This document shows, piece after piece, positions 39,641-51,999 of a stretch of DNA of 64,000 nucleotides. Made by a program: the position numbers and the translations under genes. Each line of letters starts with the position of its first letter. The first letter of the stretch is position 1. The notes under the pieces were generated by a model. The model was not told the origin of the DNA, ran no database searches, and was given only the letters and a program-made list of their open reading frames with translations. The DNA lies in assembly GCF_004010195.1 (NCBI RefSeq), contig NC_057750.1, positions 19,477,366 through 19,541,365 of the forward strand, in the 5' to 3' direction. The stretch is from Chiloscyllium plagiosum. Its lineage: Eukaryota.

Positions 39641-39739
39641 GGGAAACATCTTTTACATCTCTTGTTGGAATCAATCATTAAGGAGCAGATTTGGGAATGC
39701 AACTGCCTTCTACTCGTTTCAATAATATTCCCATAACGT

Positions 39740-39960
39740 CCTGGTCTCACTCCCAAAATGTTCTGAAAAATCCTATTTCCATTCCCCATGATATTCCAAA
39801 CATTCCTGTTCTAATTTCCCTGACAGTCCAAAACATTCTTGGTCTCACTTCTCTGATGTCCTGGAAGCTCCTAATCTTCCCCCCTCCCCCCCCCCCGATG
39901 TCCTGAAATCATTGTCTCACTTCCCTGACATCCTTGAAAATCTTAATCTCACTCCTGATG
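39740..39960. repeat. Degenerate minisatellite, about 31-33 bp unit, about 7 copies
   Basis: Recurring tcttggtctcacttccctgatgtcctgaaa-like unit. Confidence 0.55.
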
Positions 39961-40419
39961 CATAGAGTTATAGCCAAAGACTTGCAGTCAGCGATTAGAC
40001 ATACAATGCAGCTTGTGATTTATCTTTTTTTCATTTGAGCTTTCGGGGTGTCTTGGATTGATTTAGGATATCTGGCTGGCATGGATGAGTTGGACTGAAG
40101 GGTCTATTACTCTATCTCGTCCAAACTGCAGAACACAGTCAGCCACAAAGTGAGCCATGAGTTTCAGATGTGGCTCAGAAGCAGAGGCCATATAGTCTTT
40201 GATGTCAGCATTGGCAGGAACACTTATTAACGTCCAGCAGCTTTGGAATGTAATGGAGGTTTTTAAGTGTTTTTGAAATACTTCGAAGTCATGGTTGCTT
40301 ATATGAGTTTTTATAACTTCAGTTAATGTAAGCAAATGTGAATAAAACTTGAAGTAAAGAAAAAGTAATTGTATAAATGGCAAAGTACGTTTTACAATAT
40401 TGTAACAAAGCTAGAATTA

Positions 40420-40748
40420 TAGAACCCCTGGTGTGGAAACAGGCCATTTGGCCCATTGAGTCCACACTAACCCTCCAAATAACACCCCCCTCTAACCCCT
40501 TCCTATCTTTGGAACCCTACATTTCCCATGGCCAATCCACCTAGCCTGCACATCCCTGGACACTTTAGGCAATTTAGCCAATCCACCTAACCTGCACATC
40601 TTTGTACTGTGGGAGAAAACCGGAGCACCCGGAGGAAATGCATGCAGGCATGGGGTGAATGTGCGAACTCCACACTGACAGTTGCCCGAGGGTGGAATTG
40701 AACCCAATCCCTGGCAACAGTGCTAACCACTGAGCCACTGTGCCGCGC
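40420..40748 (-). mobile_element. HE1-type V-SINE
   Basis: Reverse complement of head, V-domain and tail. Confidence 0.9.
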
Positions 40749-42049
40749 TAGTAAAACAAAAACAAATTTAATTTTCTTTTTGTTTTGAGTTTGAATAACT
40801 GTAGAGGGGTTTTACAGACAATATTGACATGTGCTGTATAAGGAGAAGAGAGAATTACGACAGATGTCCTGCTCAAAAACAAGGGTTTAAGGAGCATTTA
40901 AACTAAGGTGGCATTAGGGTCAATTTTTGGTTTCCAAGATGGGTAGCTTGAATCTGAAATTTCACAATGGGTGCAGTGTCGTGGGTATGAACCTGCTAGC
41001 TCTGGAGTCACCAGCAACATGCTGATGCCAAGACAGGTTTGTTTAAAGACGAACCTCAGTTCTCTAGGACTTTATTCCAGTTGAAATGAAGTCTCTTAGG
41101 CCTTCACCCCTCATTCCGACATCATCTCCTCCCTTCCCCATGACTCTGCATGCCATCCACGCCAACTCAACACCACTTAATGTGCTCTTACTGACCCCAC
41201 CCCAGTCTCTCATGGCAGCGCTTAGCCAATCAAAGGCACCCAGTATCCTCCATGCCACTGTGCCATGCTGAATCGACAGCTTTGATGCGAAAGGATTTTC
41301 ACTACAGGGATTCTCATCTGTTTGAAACTGTAGACTTTGCTTGATTGAGGTTATTTAGAATTTTCTTTGTAATCACTTTTGTCAATGTCTTAACTGTCAT
41401 TTGAGAACTGAAGAGGTATGATGTGTTTGAAGCTTCTGCTATTGCTACTTTAGTGCTATATTTGATTAACGTTTTTATTGGGTTGTAGGAAGAGCAGATT
41501 TCTCAGAAGATGATGTGATGACTTTCTTTTCTGAATGGTTCCGCACATACCATTATTACTGTAGGAATCACTGACTTTCAATATAGTGCGTATTGTCTGA
41601 AGAGTTAGACCATTAGTTAGCAAAGAGGGTATGAGGGTCAATGGCTGTTTGTGTGGGGAAATGAGTTGGCATGAGACTATAAGGGGCCATGGGGGTGAGA
41701 GAAATTATTTAGCAAAGCACGAACATAGGGGGAATGGAAAGGAAATGGAGGAAAGGGCAAGATGTTTTGAATTTGCTTTTCAAAAGATTCCCAAATTCAA
41801 GCTATGATTCATGACTCCCCTGATGGTGGCAAACAGTGAATCATGATGAAGCCGACCTGGTTGCGCAACATTTTTGGGAGTGACAATGTGCCCCTGCAAT
41901 GGAATTGGCCAGAATGATGTTTAAACAAGACTTGGCAGAAGTTAGGAAAATGGTGACAAAAAGAGTTTACATTTCTGGACGAAGCGAGATCAGAGGCAGG
42001 AGGTTTGATGTGTTGCTATTATTTTAAAGCAATGTCTTTCTTATTGCAG

Positions 42050-42209
42050 GTTAAATGAAAACATGAATGTCTGCGTGGCTGACTTTGGCTTGTCCAAAAA
42101 AATCTACAATGGAGATTACTATCGACAAGGCCGGATCTCAAAAATGCCAGTAAAGTGGATTGCAATTGAAAGTCTAGCAGATAGAGTTTACACAACCAAA
42201 AGTGATGTG
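42050..42209 (+). CDS. AXL: AXL exon: [53 protein letters not shown]
   Basis: ttgcag acceptor, gtaagt donor; 160 nt; DFG, activation-loop tyrosines, TAM signature KWIAIES. Confidence 0.97.
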
Positions 42210-42451
42210 GTAAGTGATCTGAGTTCTGAAATCCTTCCAAAGGTCTGAGGACAATGTAATTTGAAATGAAGTATAGACGTTTCACCTTTCTGGTTAAAGG
42301 AGTTTTGGGAATGTGTTGCGTCTTGCAAATGGTGTACTTCATGGCCATGGTGACTGCTTCTAATGATTGAGCTGGTAGAGATATCCATCAATTTAGAAAA
42401 TGGGAAATATAGAATCCATATACAAGGAGAGAGGCAGGATGTATTCTACTT

Positions 42452-44080
42452 AGAGTCGTAGAGTCATAGAGATGTATAACACGGAAGCAGACCCTTTGGT
42501 CCACCTTGTCCATACCGACCAGAAATCCCAAATTAAACTAAAATCATTTGCATACATTTTTCCCATATCACTCCAAACCCCTCCTAGTCATATAACCATC
42601 CAGATACCTTTTAAATGTTGTAATTGTACTGCCTCCACCACTTTCTTTGGCAGGTCATTCCATACAGCCACCACCACCACCTGTGTGTAAAAGTTACCCC
42701 TTAGGTCCCTTTTAAACTTTTCCCTTCTCAAATTCAACCTGTGCCCTCTAGTTTTGGACTCTCCCACCCCAAAGAAAATAACTTGTCTATTCACCTTCTC
42801 CATGTCCTTCATGATTTTATAAGCCTCTATAAGTTCACCTTTGATAAGGACACTGCAGGGAAAACAGCCCCAGTCTGTTCAGCCTCTCCCTATAGCTCAA
42901 ACCCTCCAATCCTGGCAACATCCTTGTAAATCTTTTCTGAACCCTCTCAAGTTTGACAACATCCTCCCCATAGCAGGGAGACCAGATTGGACACAGCATT
43001 CCAAAAGTGGCCTCACCAATGTCCTGTACAGCCGTCTCATGACCTCCTAACTCCCATACCTCAGTAACTGACCAATAAAGGAAAGCATACCAAACACTGC
43101 CTTCACTATCCTATCTACCTCCGATTCCACTTTCAAGGAATTCTGAACTTGCACTCGAAGGTCTCCTTATTCAGCAACACTCCCCCAAGACGTTACCATT
43201 AGGTGTATAATTTGCCTTTCCAAAATGCAGCACCTCGCATTTATCTAAATTAAACTTCACCTGCCACTCCTTAGCCCAGTGACCCATCTGATCAAGATCC
43301 TGTTGTACTTTGAGGTAATCTTTGCTGTCTACTACTACACCTCCAATTTCGGTGTCATCTGCAAACTTACTAACCAAACCTCCTGTGTTCACATCGAAGT
43401 CATTTTTATAAATGAAGAAAAGCACTGGACCCAGCACCAATCCTTGTGGCACACCACTGGTCATAGGCTTCAGTCCGAAAAGGAATCCTCCATCACCATC
43501 CTCTGTCTTTTACCTTCCAACTAGTTCTGTATCCAAATGGATAGTTCTCCCTGTATACCATGTGATCCAGCCTTGCTAATCAGCCTACCATAAGGGACTT
43601 TCTAAAGTCATATAGATCATGACCACCACTCTGCCCTCATCAATCCTCTTTGATACTTCTTCAGAAAACTCAATCAAGTTAGTGAGACATAATTGCCCAT
43701 GCATAAAGCCATGTTGACTATCTCTAATCAGTTCTTGACCTTCCAAGTACATGTAAATCCTGTCCCTCAGGACTTCCTTCAACAACTTGCCCACCAGCAA
43801 TGTCAGGCTCACCAATCTATAACCCCTGGTTATTCCTTACCACCTTTCTTAAATAGTGGCACCACATTAGCCAACCTACAGTCTTCCAGCACCTCACTTG
43901 TGGCTATCAATCTTACAAAAGATCTCAGCAAGGAGTCTTGCAATCACTTCCCTTGCTTCCCAGAGTTCTAGGGTATATCTGGTCAGGTCCCGGGTACTTG
44001 TCCACCTTCATGCATTTTAAGAATTCCAGTACCACCTCCTCTGTAATATGGACATTTTTAAAGATGTCGCAATTATTTCC
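42452..44080 (-). mobile_element. HER1-like CR1 LINE, 5'-truncated
   Basis: ORFs 43171..43464 (SGVPQG...FADD) and 43585..43815. Confidence 0.92.
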
Positions 44081-45889
44081 CTCTTTCATAGCAAAGTTGC
44101 GAGAGTCCATTATTAAGACAGTTATGGCGGATACTTAAAAAATCAAAATGTGATAAAACAGAGCTAACTTGGCAATGTGAAATCATGTTTAACATTTTAA
44201 AGCTTTTTCTTCAAGTGACATGCACAGCGGACAGTGGGAATTGGTAGACATAGTTTGTTTGGATTTCCAAAAGGCATTTTACAAAGTACCACATCATAAG
44301 TTAGTGCACAGGATAAGTAGCAGCACATTGCGTAGGGAGTTATACATCAGTGCGGAGAAAGCATTGAATTATAGAGTGTGATGGATGGGTCTTTGCTTTT
44401 TAATTGGCAAGCTGTGTAAAACCCCTTTATTTGGTTTTAAAGTTATTGCCCAGTTATCAATTACATACATAACTTTGATACCATTTCAGTTAATGACCTA
44501 CACCTTTATATCAAGTGATAGTACATATCTGCAATGCCACTGATTGTTAGAAATCTGGCAAACATTGGCCTTTCTCAGCTGGTTGATCCTGGTGCATCCT
44601 CAGTTCAGATAATTAAACCACTTAATTGCTGCACTCAGACTTAGTTTTGAAGTCTTGCTTTGTATTTTTCCCATACTATGATTGTGTGTTATATTAGTTA
44701 ATACCTGAATTTGGGCTCTTCAATTGCCTTTAATTACATCACTATCTTTTAAAAGCCATCACCGCTATTTGTCTGGCCTCTCTTTTCTAGGTACTGCTTG
44801 AAGAACACAAGTGGCTCTTTGGGGTATTATTTTTAATCTCTAGTGCTGCAGTAGTAAGGCATATTTATGGTCATGGAAAAAATTTGTAGTGCAGTTCCTT
44901 CACCACTCCAATGCAGTTTACAGACTTTTAGGAAGATACTGTAGTTTGACCAATATATTCCCATCTGCCCTTCTCTCTTCAGGCCCATAAGAGAACCAAT
45001 TACATCTTTGATGTCCATTTCATCATCATAGACAAACCTAGCACAAAGGGATTCCACCACAAACAGTTTTAATGCATTATTAGGAAAGAAATAAAGACAT
45101 AGTTGCGTGATTTAAAGTGATTAATAAAAGCAAAAGTAAATAATACATTGACCTTTGGGTGTGTATGTCTGTCTGTATTAGCTTACAGATGATACAATTT
45201 AAGTGCGACAGACACCAGTGTAGGAGCTTCAACTGTTTAAAATCTGTCAATAAAGGGACCAAATATGTGGTAAATAAATTTGCCTATAACACTTTGTAAC
45301 TTATTTGTCTACATACTAAGAGGTGATAGGTAGTCTGCAAATGAATATAGATAGATAGAGTGAGTGGGCAGAAATCTGGCAGATAGAGCATAATGTAGAA
45401 AAGTGTGAACTTGTCCATTTTGGCAGGAAGCAGCAATGAGAGAAACAGAATGCTACTCAAGTAGAGAGGGATTGCAAACTTTTGTGGTACAGAGGAATCT
45501 GGGTGCATGAATCACAAAAATTAGAGTGCAGGTATGGTAAGTGATGAGGAAGGCAAATGGAATGTTAGAGGTATTGGAGTAGGAACAGAACACAAAAGTA
45601 GGGAAGTTTTTCTGTATTTATCCAGTGAGACCTTATCTGGCCAGGCAGTGCATTCCAGACCCCACTACCTTTTGGGTGAAAAGAAAAATCCTCAAATTCC
45701 TCAAATACCTGCCTTAAACCTTAAAATGATGCCCTGTTGGTTTTTCCAACTGTATGTTGGTCTATTTTGGGCCTCCTATAGGCTGAGGCCCTTGCTTTTG
45801 TGATTTAGACCTCAGTGTAGGAGGATTGATCAGTAAGTATGCACTTGGGCTGTTAACAGTGAAGGGGATAATGGATTTACAGGAGGGCT

Positions 45890-47470
45890 CTTTTTCAGGA
45901 TAGCAGCCAGTGACTTATAGATTTCCACAGGGGTCAGCATTGGGACCACAACTATTCATGTTATATATTTAACAATCTGGACAAAATAACTGAGGACATT
46001 GTGTTTACATTTGCAGATTACAAAAAAGATAGGACAGATATGTTGAGAAAGCAGGGAAGCTGCAAAAAGACTTGAACTAGTTAGGCGAGTGGGCAGGGAA
46101 GTGGCAGATACAATGTGGGAAAGTGAAGGATTGTGCACTTTGGGAGGAAGAATAGACTATTTTCTAAAGGGGGAAAAGCTTTGAAAATGTGAAGCACATA
46201 GGGGGTGTTAATTCAGGATTCTCTTAATGTTAACATGCAGATTCAGTTGGAATTAGGAAGGCAAATATAATGTTAGCGTTGTGATGATGCTGCTCCCCTA
46301 ACATGGTTATGTTGTCCTTGGCTTTTTTTTTCCCAGAGAGGTCGTAAAGGACACAGATTCCGAAAAGTCTGGGGTTGAAGGGTTTTAGGACAAGTTTGAT
46401 TATATCCAACAGATGCTGCCTGAGACAAAAGGCTTTCAAGTTTTAAAAAATCTTGTACAATGTAAGTGGAGTGGCCCGTTCTCCCAGCTCAGCTTCTATC
46501 TAGTTTGGTTTGGTTTTTAAGAGCAGTGTTGAAAACATTGCTGAACCAAAGAAGCAGGTCCAGGCTGGTATTATCTCTCTGGCTTCTCTCCTGTAAGACA
46601 CTGGGTTTGATTTTACCTTTTGTGCCACAGGGTGTTTATGGGGAAAGTATCTGGAACAGCATTAAATTGATGACCCTTTGGGTTTTCGGACAGGTTATTT
46701 TGAATTCTGTTCTCTTTTGTTGGTGTTTAATTTGGTAACATTGCAAATAAATTCTGTTTTGTTTAAAACTAAATGGTTTGAAAAGAGGCATCTCTCCTGG
46801 AATATCCACTTAAAATAACACCTGCTTAAAATAACTAGCAGAGTGAGGGTCTGAGCTACATTCTTGAAATGTTTTGAGGAGTCTACCCCGGTCCATAACA
46901 GCATCCATTTCAAGTGGGCTACAATACAAGGGCAGAAATGTACTGCTGAGGATGTTATAAGGCTTTGGTCAGATCACATTTGGAATATTGAGAGAAGGTT
47001 TGGATCCTGTATCTAAGGAAGAATATGCTAGCATTAGAGGGGGTCCAGAGGAGATTTAAAAGTATGATCTCGGGGATGAAGGGCTTTTAAAATGAAGTGT
47101 GGTTGAGGACTGTGGGTCTGTACTTGGAGTTTTGAAGGATGAGGGGAATCTCACTGAAGACTGAAAGGCCTGGTTGGAGTGGACATGGAGAACAGGCATC
47201 CGCTAATTGGAGAGACTAGGACCCAAGGCACAACCTCAGAGTGCAGGGACAACTCTTTAGAACTGAGATAAGGAGGAATTTCTTCAGCCAGAGGATGGTG
47301 AATCTGTGGAACTCACTGCAGAAGGCTGTGGAGGCCAAGTCATTGAGTGCATTTAAGAAAGAGAGGGATAGGTTCTTGAATAGCAAAGGGATCACATGTT
47401 GTGGGGAGAAGGCAGGAGAATGGAATTGACAAACACATCGGCCATGATCAAATTGTCGAGCAGACTCAAT
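45890..47470 (+). mobile_element. Old CR1 3' half interrupted by solo LTR
   Basis: PQGSALGPQLF motif; RRNFFSQRMVNLWNSL. Confidence 0.8.
46280..46900 (+). mobile_element. Solo LTR (621 bp, Gypsy-type)
   Basis: TG...CA termini, gcgt/gcat 4-bp duplication (one mismatch), internal aataaa, host CR1 resumes in register. Confidence 0.8.
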
Positions 47471-47499
47471 TTAGATGTAATGTAGATCTCTATGACTCC

Positions 47500-48220
47500 A
47501 TAACCCTTCAACGAAGGAAGCAGCTGCTTTCTATTCATTTTGCCCAGGTCCTTCATAATCTTATACACCTGTCAGATCCCCTCTCAGCCTTCTCTGTTCC
47601 AAAGAAAACAGCCCAAGCTTATCTAGCCTCTCTTCCCAAGCAAAGTGCTCAATCCTAAAAAACCTGGTGCATATCCTCTGCACTCCATTCAGTGCGGTCA
47701 AATTCTTACTATGGTGCAGAAACCAGAAGTGTGCGCAGCACTCCAGCTAAGGCCTAATCGAAGTCCTGTATAACTCCAACACGACCTTCTTGCTCTTAAA
47801 ATCTATGCCTCAACTGACAAAGACAAGTGTCCTGTATGCCTCCTTAATTATTGTATTAACCCGCCCTGCCACCCTCATGTATCTGAAGACATGCACTTCA
47901 AGAATCCTTCAAGCTTCCTAGTCTCGTACCATTTATTGAGTGCTCCTTTATCTTTTTACTTTTTCTAAAGTGCGACCCTCATACTTATCAAGGTTAAATC
48001 CTATCTTACTAATTTATTTATATCCTCCTGCAATCTGACAGCTACTTCCTCACTGCGAACCACCCAGCCAATCTTTGTGTCACCCACAAATGTATTTATC
48101 ATATCCACCCACATTCTTAACTACATAGTTTATATCTAGTACAAACAATAACAGGCCCAGCACTGATCCCTGTAGTACATCACTGCACATTGGCCTCCAA
48201 TCACACAAACAGCCTTCTTA
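47500..48220 (-). mobile_element. Old CR1 fragment
   Basis: Antisense CR1 RT/3' region. Confidence 0.75.
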
Positions 48221-48343
48221 TTTGAAAAAAGTATAATTGCATTAGCAGTTCAAAGAAGGTGATTCTCTAAAAAAAAAATAAGATCTTGCATGAACTAGGT
48301 AGGGTGTTTCCTTTAGATAGGGAAATTAAAATTAGTGGACATA

Positions 48344-49144
48344 CTGTATATACTCATGTAAAAGTCAAATTTTTTGGACTACTTTTAAAGGTTCAATTTA
48401 TAGGATTGACTAATACACAGGTATTCATGCTTCAGTTTGAAATACCGTACTATTAACAGAAGTCGATTTGATCACACAACTAATCATGGTAAAGAAGAAA
48501 AACACAATAAATTACGGTAAAGGTAATACCAGATAAAAGCAAAAGAAACAAGAAGGGATTGCTGATAAATTTTATTTATACATATCGGCACAAAAATTTA
48601 ACATTGAAATCCTGAAAAATCACACTGTTCAACATAGCCTGGTATAATAGCAAACTTAAAATGAAATATTTATTAAATTCTGAATGTGTAAGCGGCTTTC
48701 CTGACAAGTTCTTCCATTCCTCTCCCATTTACTCTCGTATGTTAGGAACTTCTACAACATTAACGAATTTGTCAAAGAATTAAAGATATATGTAGCTAAT
48801 ATATCTCACTTTTATCATGGCACAATTAAAATGATTAACTTTTTAACAATATTAACTTTTGAATGTGCCACAAGTACAGACAGACTCAGTACCAGTCTGA
48901 GTGAAAGAATGAATCAAAACATGCTGTAGTAAACTAAGTGGGCTAAGTGGATGGACAGACAGACGGATGGGTGGATAATATAATAAACAAAGAGCGATGA
49001 ATAGAGTTACCGGTATAAATGAATGAATGCGATTTTGTTTAAGTAGGTGAATGGGAAAATGCAGTTTCCTTTGTAAGAGGTTTATAAAGCAATATAGCAA
49101 GTTCAACTTTTACATGAGATCAACATTTCTACAAGTATATACAG
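48344..49144. mobile_element. Non-autonomous Tc1/mariner-superfamily (Tc2/pogo-like) element, 801 bp
   Basis: TA on both sides; 11-bp TIR ctgtatatact/agtatatacag; 13-bp subterminal inverted match ctcatgtaaaagt/acttttacatgag; splits a CR1 3' fragment. Confidence 0.78.
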
Positions 49145-49700
49145 TAATTGTAGAATGAGCAATCTCCCTTTTACATTAGCAATGAGGAGAATATTTCCCT
49201 CTGACAGTTTTGAAGGAGGTAGTGGAGACTGGGACTTAGGGGCTCAGCTAGCTATATTTTTAATAGCCAAGGGAGTCAAAGGTTATGGGGTACACCACAA
49301 AATGGAGTTGAGGCTACCACAGATCAGCCATAGCAGAGCAGGTTAAAAGGGACAAATGGCCTACTCCAGTTTCTAAGTCCTTCGGTCTTATATAATGAAA
49401 GCATTTTGAAACAGAAGAGATTCAAAAGAGAGTCAATGAAATCCATGCACTGGCCCATGAGTGTATTCCAGACAAGCATCCTCCTACTCTGACCTCATGT
49501 TACTCACGTGTACATCTGTTTTACAATGTTCCCAACACAAACACTTAATACCCACTACACTATCATCTTTCTGAGAGTTGTCTCAGTTTTTGAAGGGCCA
49601 TTGAATTACCGTGAAAAGTTGAGAATCTTATGTAGGGATGTGAGTAAAGTTCTAACTTGTTTGCTATCATAGTATAAATTGTTCTCTTCCCTTCTTCCAG

Positions 49701-49837
49701 TGGTCCTATGGTGTCACCATGTGGGAGATTGCAACTCGTGGGCAAACTCCGTATCCAGGTGTGGAAAACAGTGAGATCTATGACTATCTCCGACAAGGCA
49801 ACAGACTCAAGCAGCCCCCAGACTGTCTGGATGCACT
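49701..49837 (+). CDS. AXL: AXL exon: [45 protein letters not shown](L)
   Basis: ttccag acceptor, gtaagg donor; 137 nt; in frame. Confidence 0.96.
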
Positions 49838-50064
49838 GTAAGGAATCTCTTTATGAATAAATGTTGATAAGACAGTATTTTCCCTAAACTGAGACTTTCT
49901 GAAGCCTTTTGCAATGGGTATCTGCCTAAATTTACTTATTAAGTAGTATTTTCAATTTCATTTTGATTCATGTTTCTAGAGTATCCAATAGAGATGAATG
50001 TTTCCTAAAGGTTTTATCAGTTTGTTTACTGAATTAACTTTTTCCAACAAACTGAAATGTTTTA

Positions 50065-50760
50065 TAGAATCATGCAGCACAGAAGAGGTCCTTCTGCCCA
50101 TATTTCTGTACTGCCAAAACTACATTAAATCTACACTATGTCCACTTTCCAGCACATGGTTCGCAGCCTGGAATATTATGACATTTCAAGTGCTTTACCA
50201 AGTACTTAAAGATTACCTGCACTGCTACCCTCCCGGACAATCCATTTTAGTCTGGGTGAAAACATTTTACTTAAATCCCCTCTCCACCTCCTGCCTTCAT
50301 ATACTTCAATCAGACCCTCCTGGGTGAATAACAAGAGGGCATAATTTTGAGATGCATTGATAGGGTAGACATGAGAGTCTTTTCACCATGGTCGATGTGT
50401 GTGAGCTGAGAGGACATAAGTTTAATGTGAGGAGTAATTGGTTTAGAAGAGATCTGAGAACACCTTTATCACCCAGAGGCCATAGAAATATGGAATATAC
50501 TGCCTGAGAATGTGGTAGAGGAGGTACTCTCTCATTTAAACCTCTGGATGAGCACTTGAAATGCTAGAGCATAATAGGCTATTTCGCAAGTGCAGATAAA
50601 TGGGATTAGTATAGGTTGGTATTTGTTGGTCAGCTTAGATATGGTACGTGGACAGACTTCTTCAATGCTTTATGATTCTGAGAGGGTACAGATTTAAGGT
50701 GATTGGCAAAAGAAGCATTGGAGACACAAGAAGCTTTCTCATGAGAAAATGGGTTTATTA
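50065..50760. mobile_element. Old CR1 3' fragments in both orientations
   Basis: CR1 tail-like segments. Confidence 0.6.
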
Positions 50761-50990
50761 TCTGAAAAGGAAGAATGTCATGCCATGAATTTACATCCAA
50801 AATCATGGTTAGTTACTAAAAACTGAAGACATGAACTGGATGCCATCCCATTTGTTCCCATCTCATTCAGTGAGCATTATTTGTCACAGTCCACCCATCA
50901 ATAACTCTCCCTCTCAACCAGACTACAGGGGAAAGTGATATTGCCAAGAATGCAAAGTATAATACACCAGATAGGGAAGACAATGAAGGT

Positions 50991-51229
50991 GCTTAAAAAT
51001 GTGTTGCTGGAAAAGCGCAGCAGGTCAGGCAGCATCAAAGGAACAGGAGAATCGACGTTTCGCGCATAAGCCCTTCTTCAGGGTGTGCACACCCTCCTCA
51101 TTCCTGAAGAAGGGCTTATGCCCAAAACGTCGATTCTCCTGTTCCTTTGATGCTGCCTGACCTGCTGCGCTTTTCCAGCAACACATTTTTAAGCTCTGAT
51201 CTCCAGCATCTTCAGTCCTCACTTTCTCC
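50991..51229 (+). mobile_element. Fold-back PLE pLTR cassette with a hammerhead-like core in each arm
   Basis: 92-bp arms 50991-51082/51103-51194 (2 mismatches); 14-nt duplication aagacaatgaaggt at 50977 and 51230; 35-nt tail. Confidence 0.9.
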
Positions 51230-51578
51230 AAGACAATGAAGGTACATGTCTAGTGCTTTGGAACAGATTAAGAAGTTTGATTTTGCTAATATTGCCTGGA
51301 TAGGTCAAAAAAAATTCTCATTGTAATGGTTACCACTTAGAATGTATTTTTAAAAATAGGTGTTAAGAGTGGAATTTATTAAAACTTTCAGAATGGGAAA
51401 AAGCAACTGAGAAGAAGAAACTTCAGAAGTATGTAAATATGCCATTTAGCGGGAGTTCTTTTGGGACAATGAACCAAATACCCTTTGACTCTGCTGTTAA
51501 AATATCTGATTGGATTGTAAATTTGTAAGAGAGTTTAATGCACAAAGACACTCAATTTCTTTTACATCCTTTTGTCAG

Positions 51579-51999
51579 GTATGAGCTGATGTACTACTGC
51601 TGGCAATTGAACCCAAGAGAGCGGCCAACTTTCGAGATCATCTGCTGTCAACTAGAGAAGATTGTGGAAGACCTGCCACCCTCTTCAGACCCAGAGGAGA
51701 TTCTCTACGTCAACATGGAGGATGCTCGTGGGAGGTCAGACAGCTGCTGTGAACAGGGAGCAGTTGGAGGCAGTGATCTTGAGGAGAGTCTGAAGGCTTC
51801 ATGCTCACAGTTCTCCAAGGCACCTGTGGTAACATCGGCAGATGTCCACCAGTCAAATGCAGTTGATCGCTATGTTTTATGTCCACCTCATGAGAGTGCC
51901 CGATCAATGGCAATGGTACCCTTAAGTAGCAATTCGCCGCTGTGTTTAGCGACAGAGGACCTCCTGCTGGAAGAAATGTGTGGGAGAGAATGTAAATGA
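51579..51999 (+). CDS. AXL: AXL terminal coding exon: YELMYYCWQLNPRERPTF...EEILYVNM...DRYVLCP...GRECK*
   Basis: tttgtcag acceptor; ORF 51538..51999; TGA at 51997-51999; YVNM and RYVLCP tail motifs typical of AXL. Confidence 0.95.

Noticed and set aside
40915..41910. Possible MITE with imperfect internal inverted repeats (41135-41175 versus 41660-41700)
   Set aside because: Match is short and patchy; termini not convincing.
44415..45210. Possible second solo LTR (TG...CA) within a CR1 fragment
   Set aside because: No target duplication or second copy found; cannot support.
51538..51578. ATG-initiated standalone 153-aa protein
   Set aside because: The first 41 nt are the intron pyrimidine tract; the phase matches splicing from 49837.
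51985..51999. C-terminal prenylation motif in AXL tail
   Set aside because: The protein ends RECK, which is not CaaX, CC or CxC.
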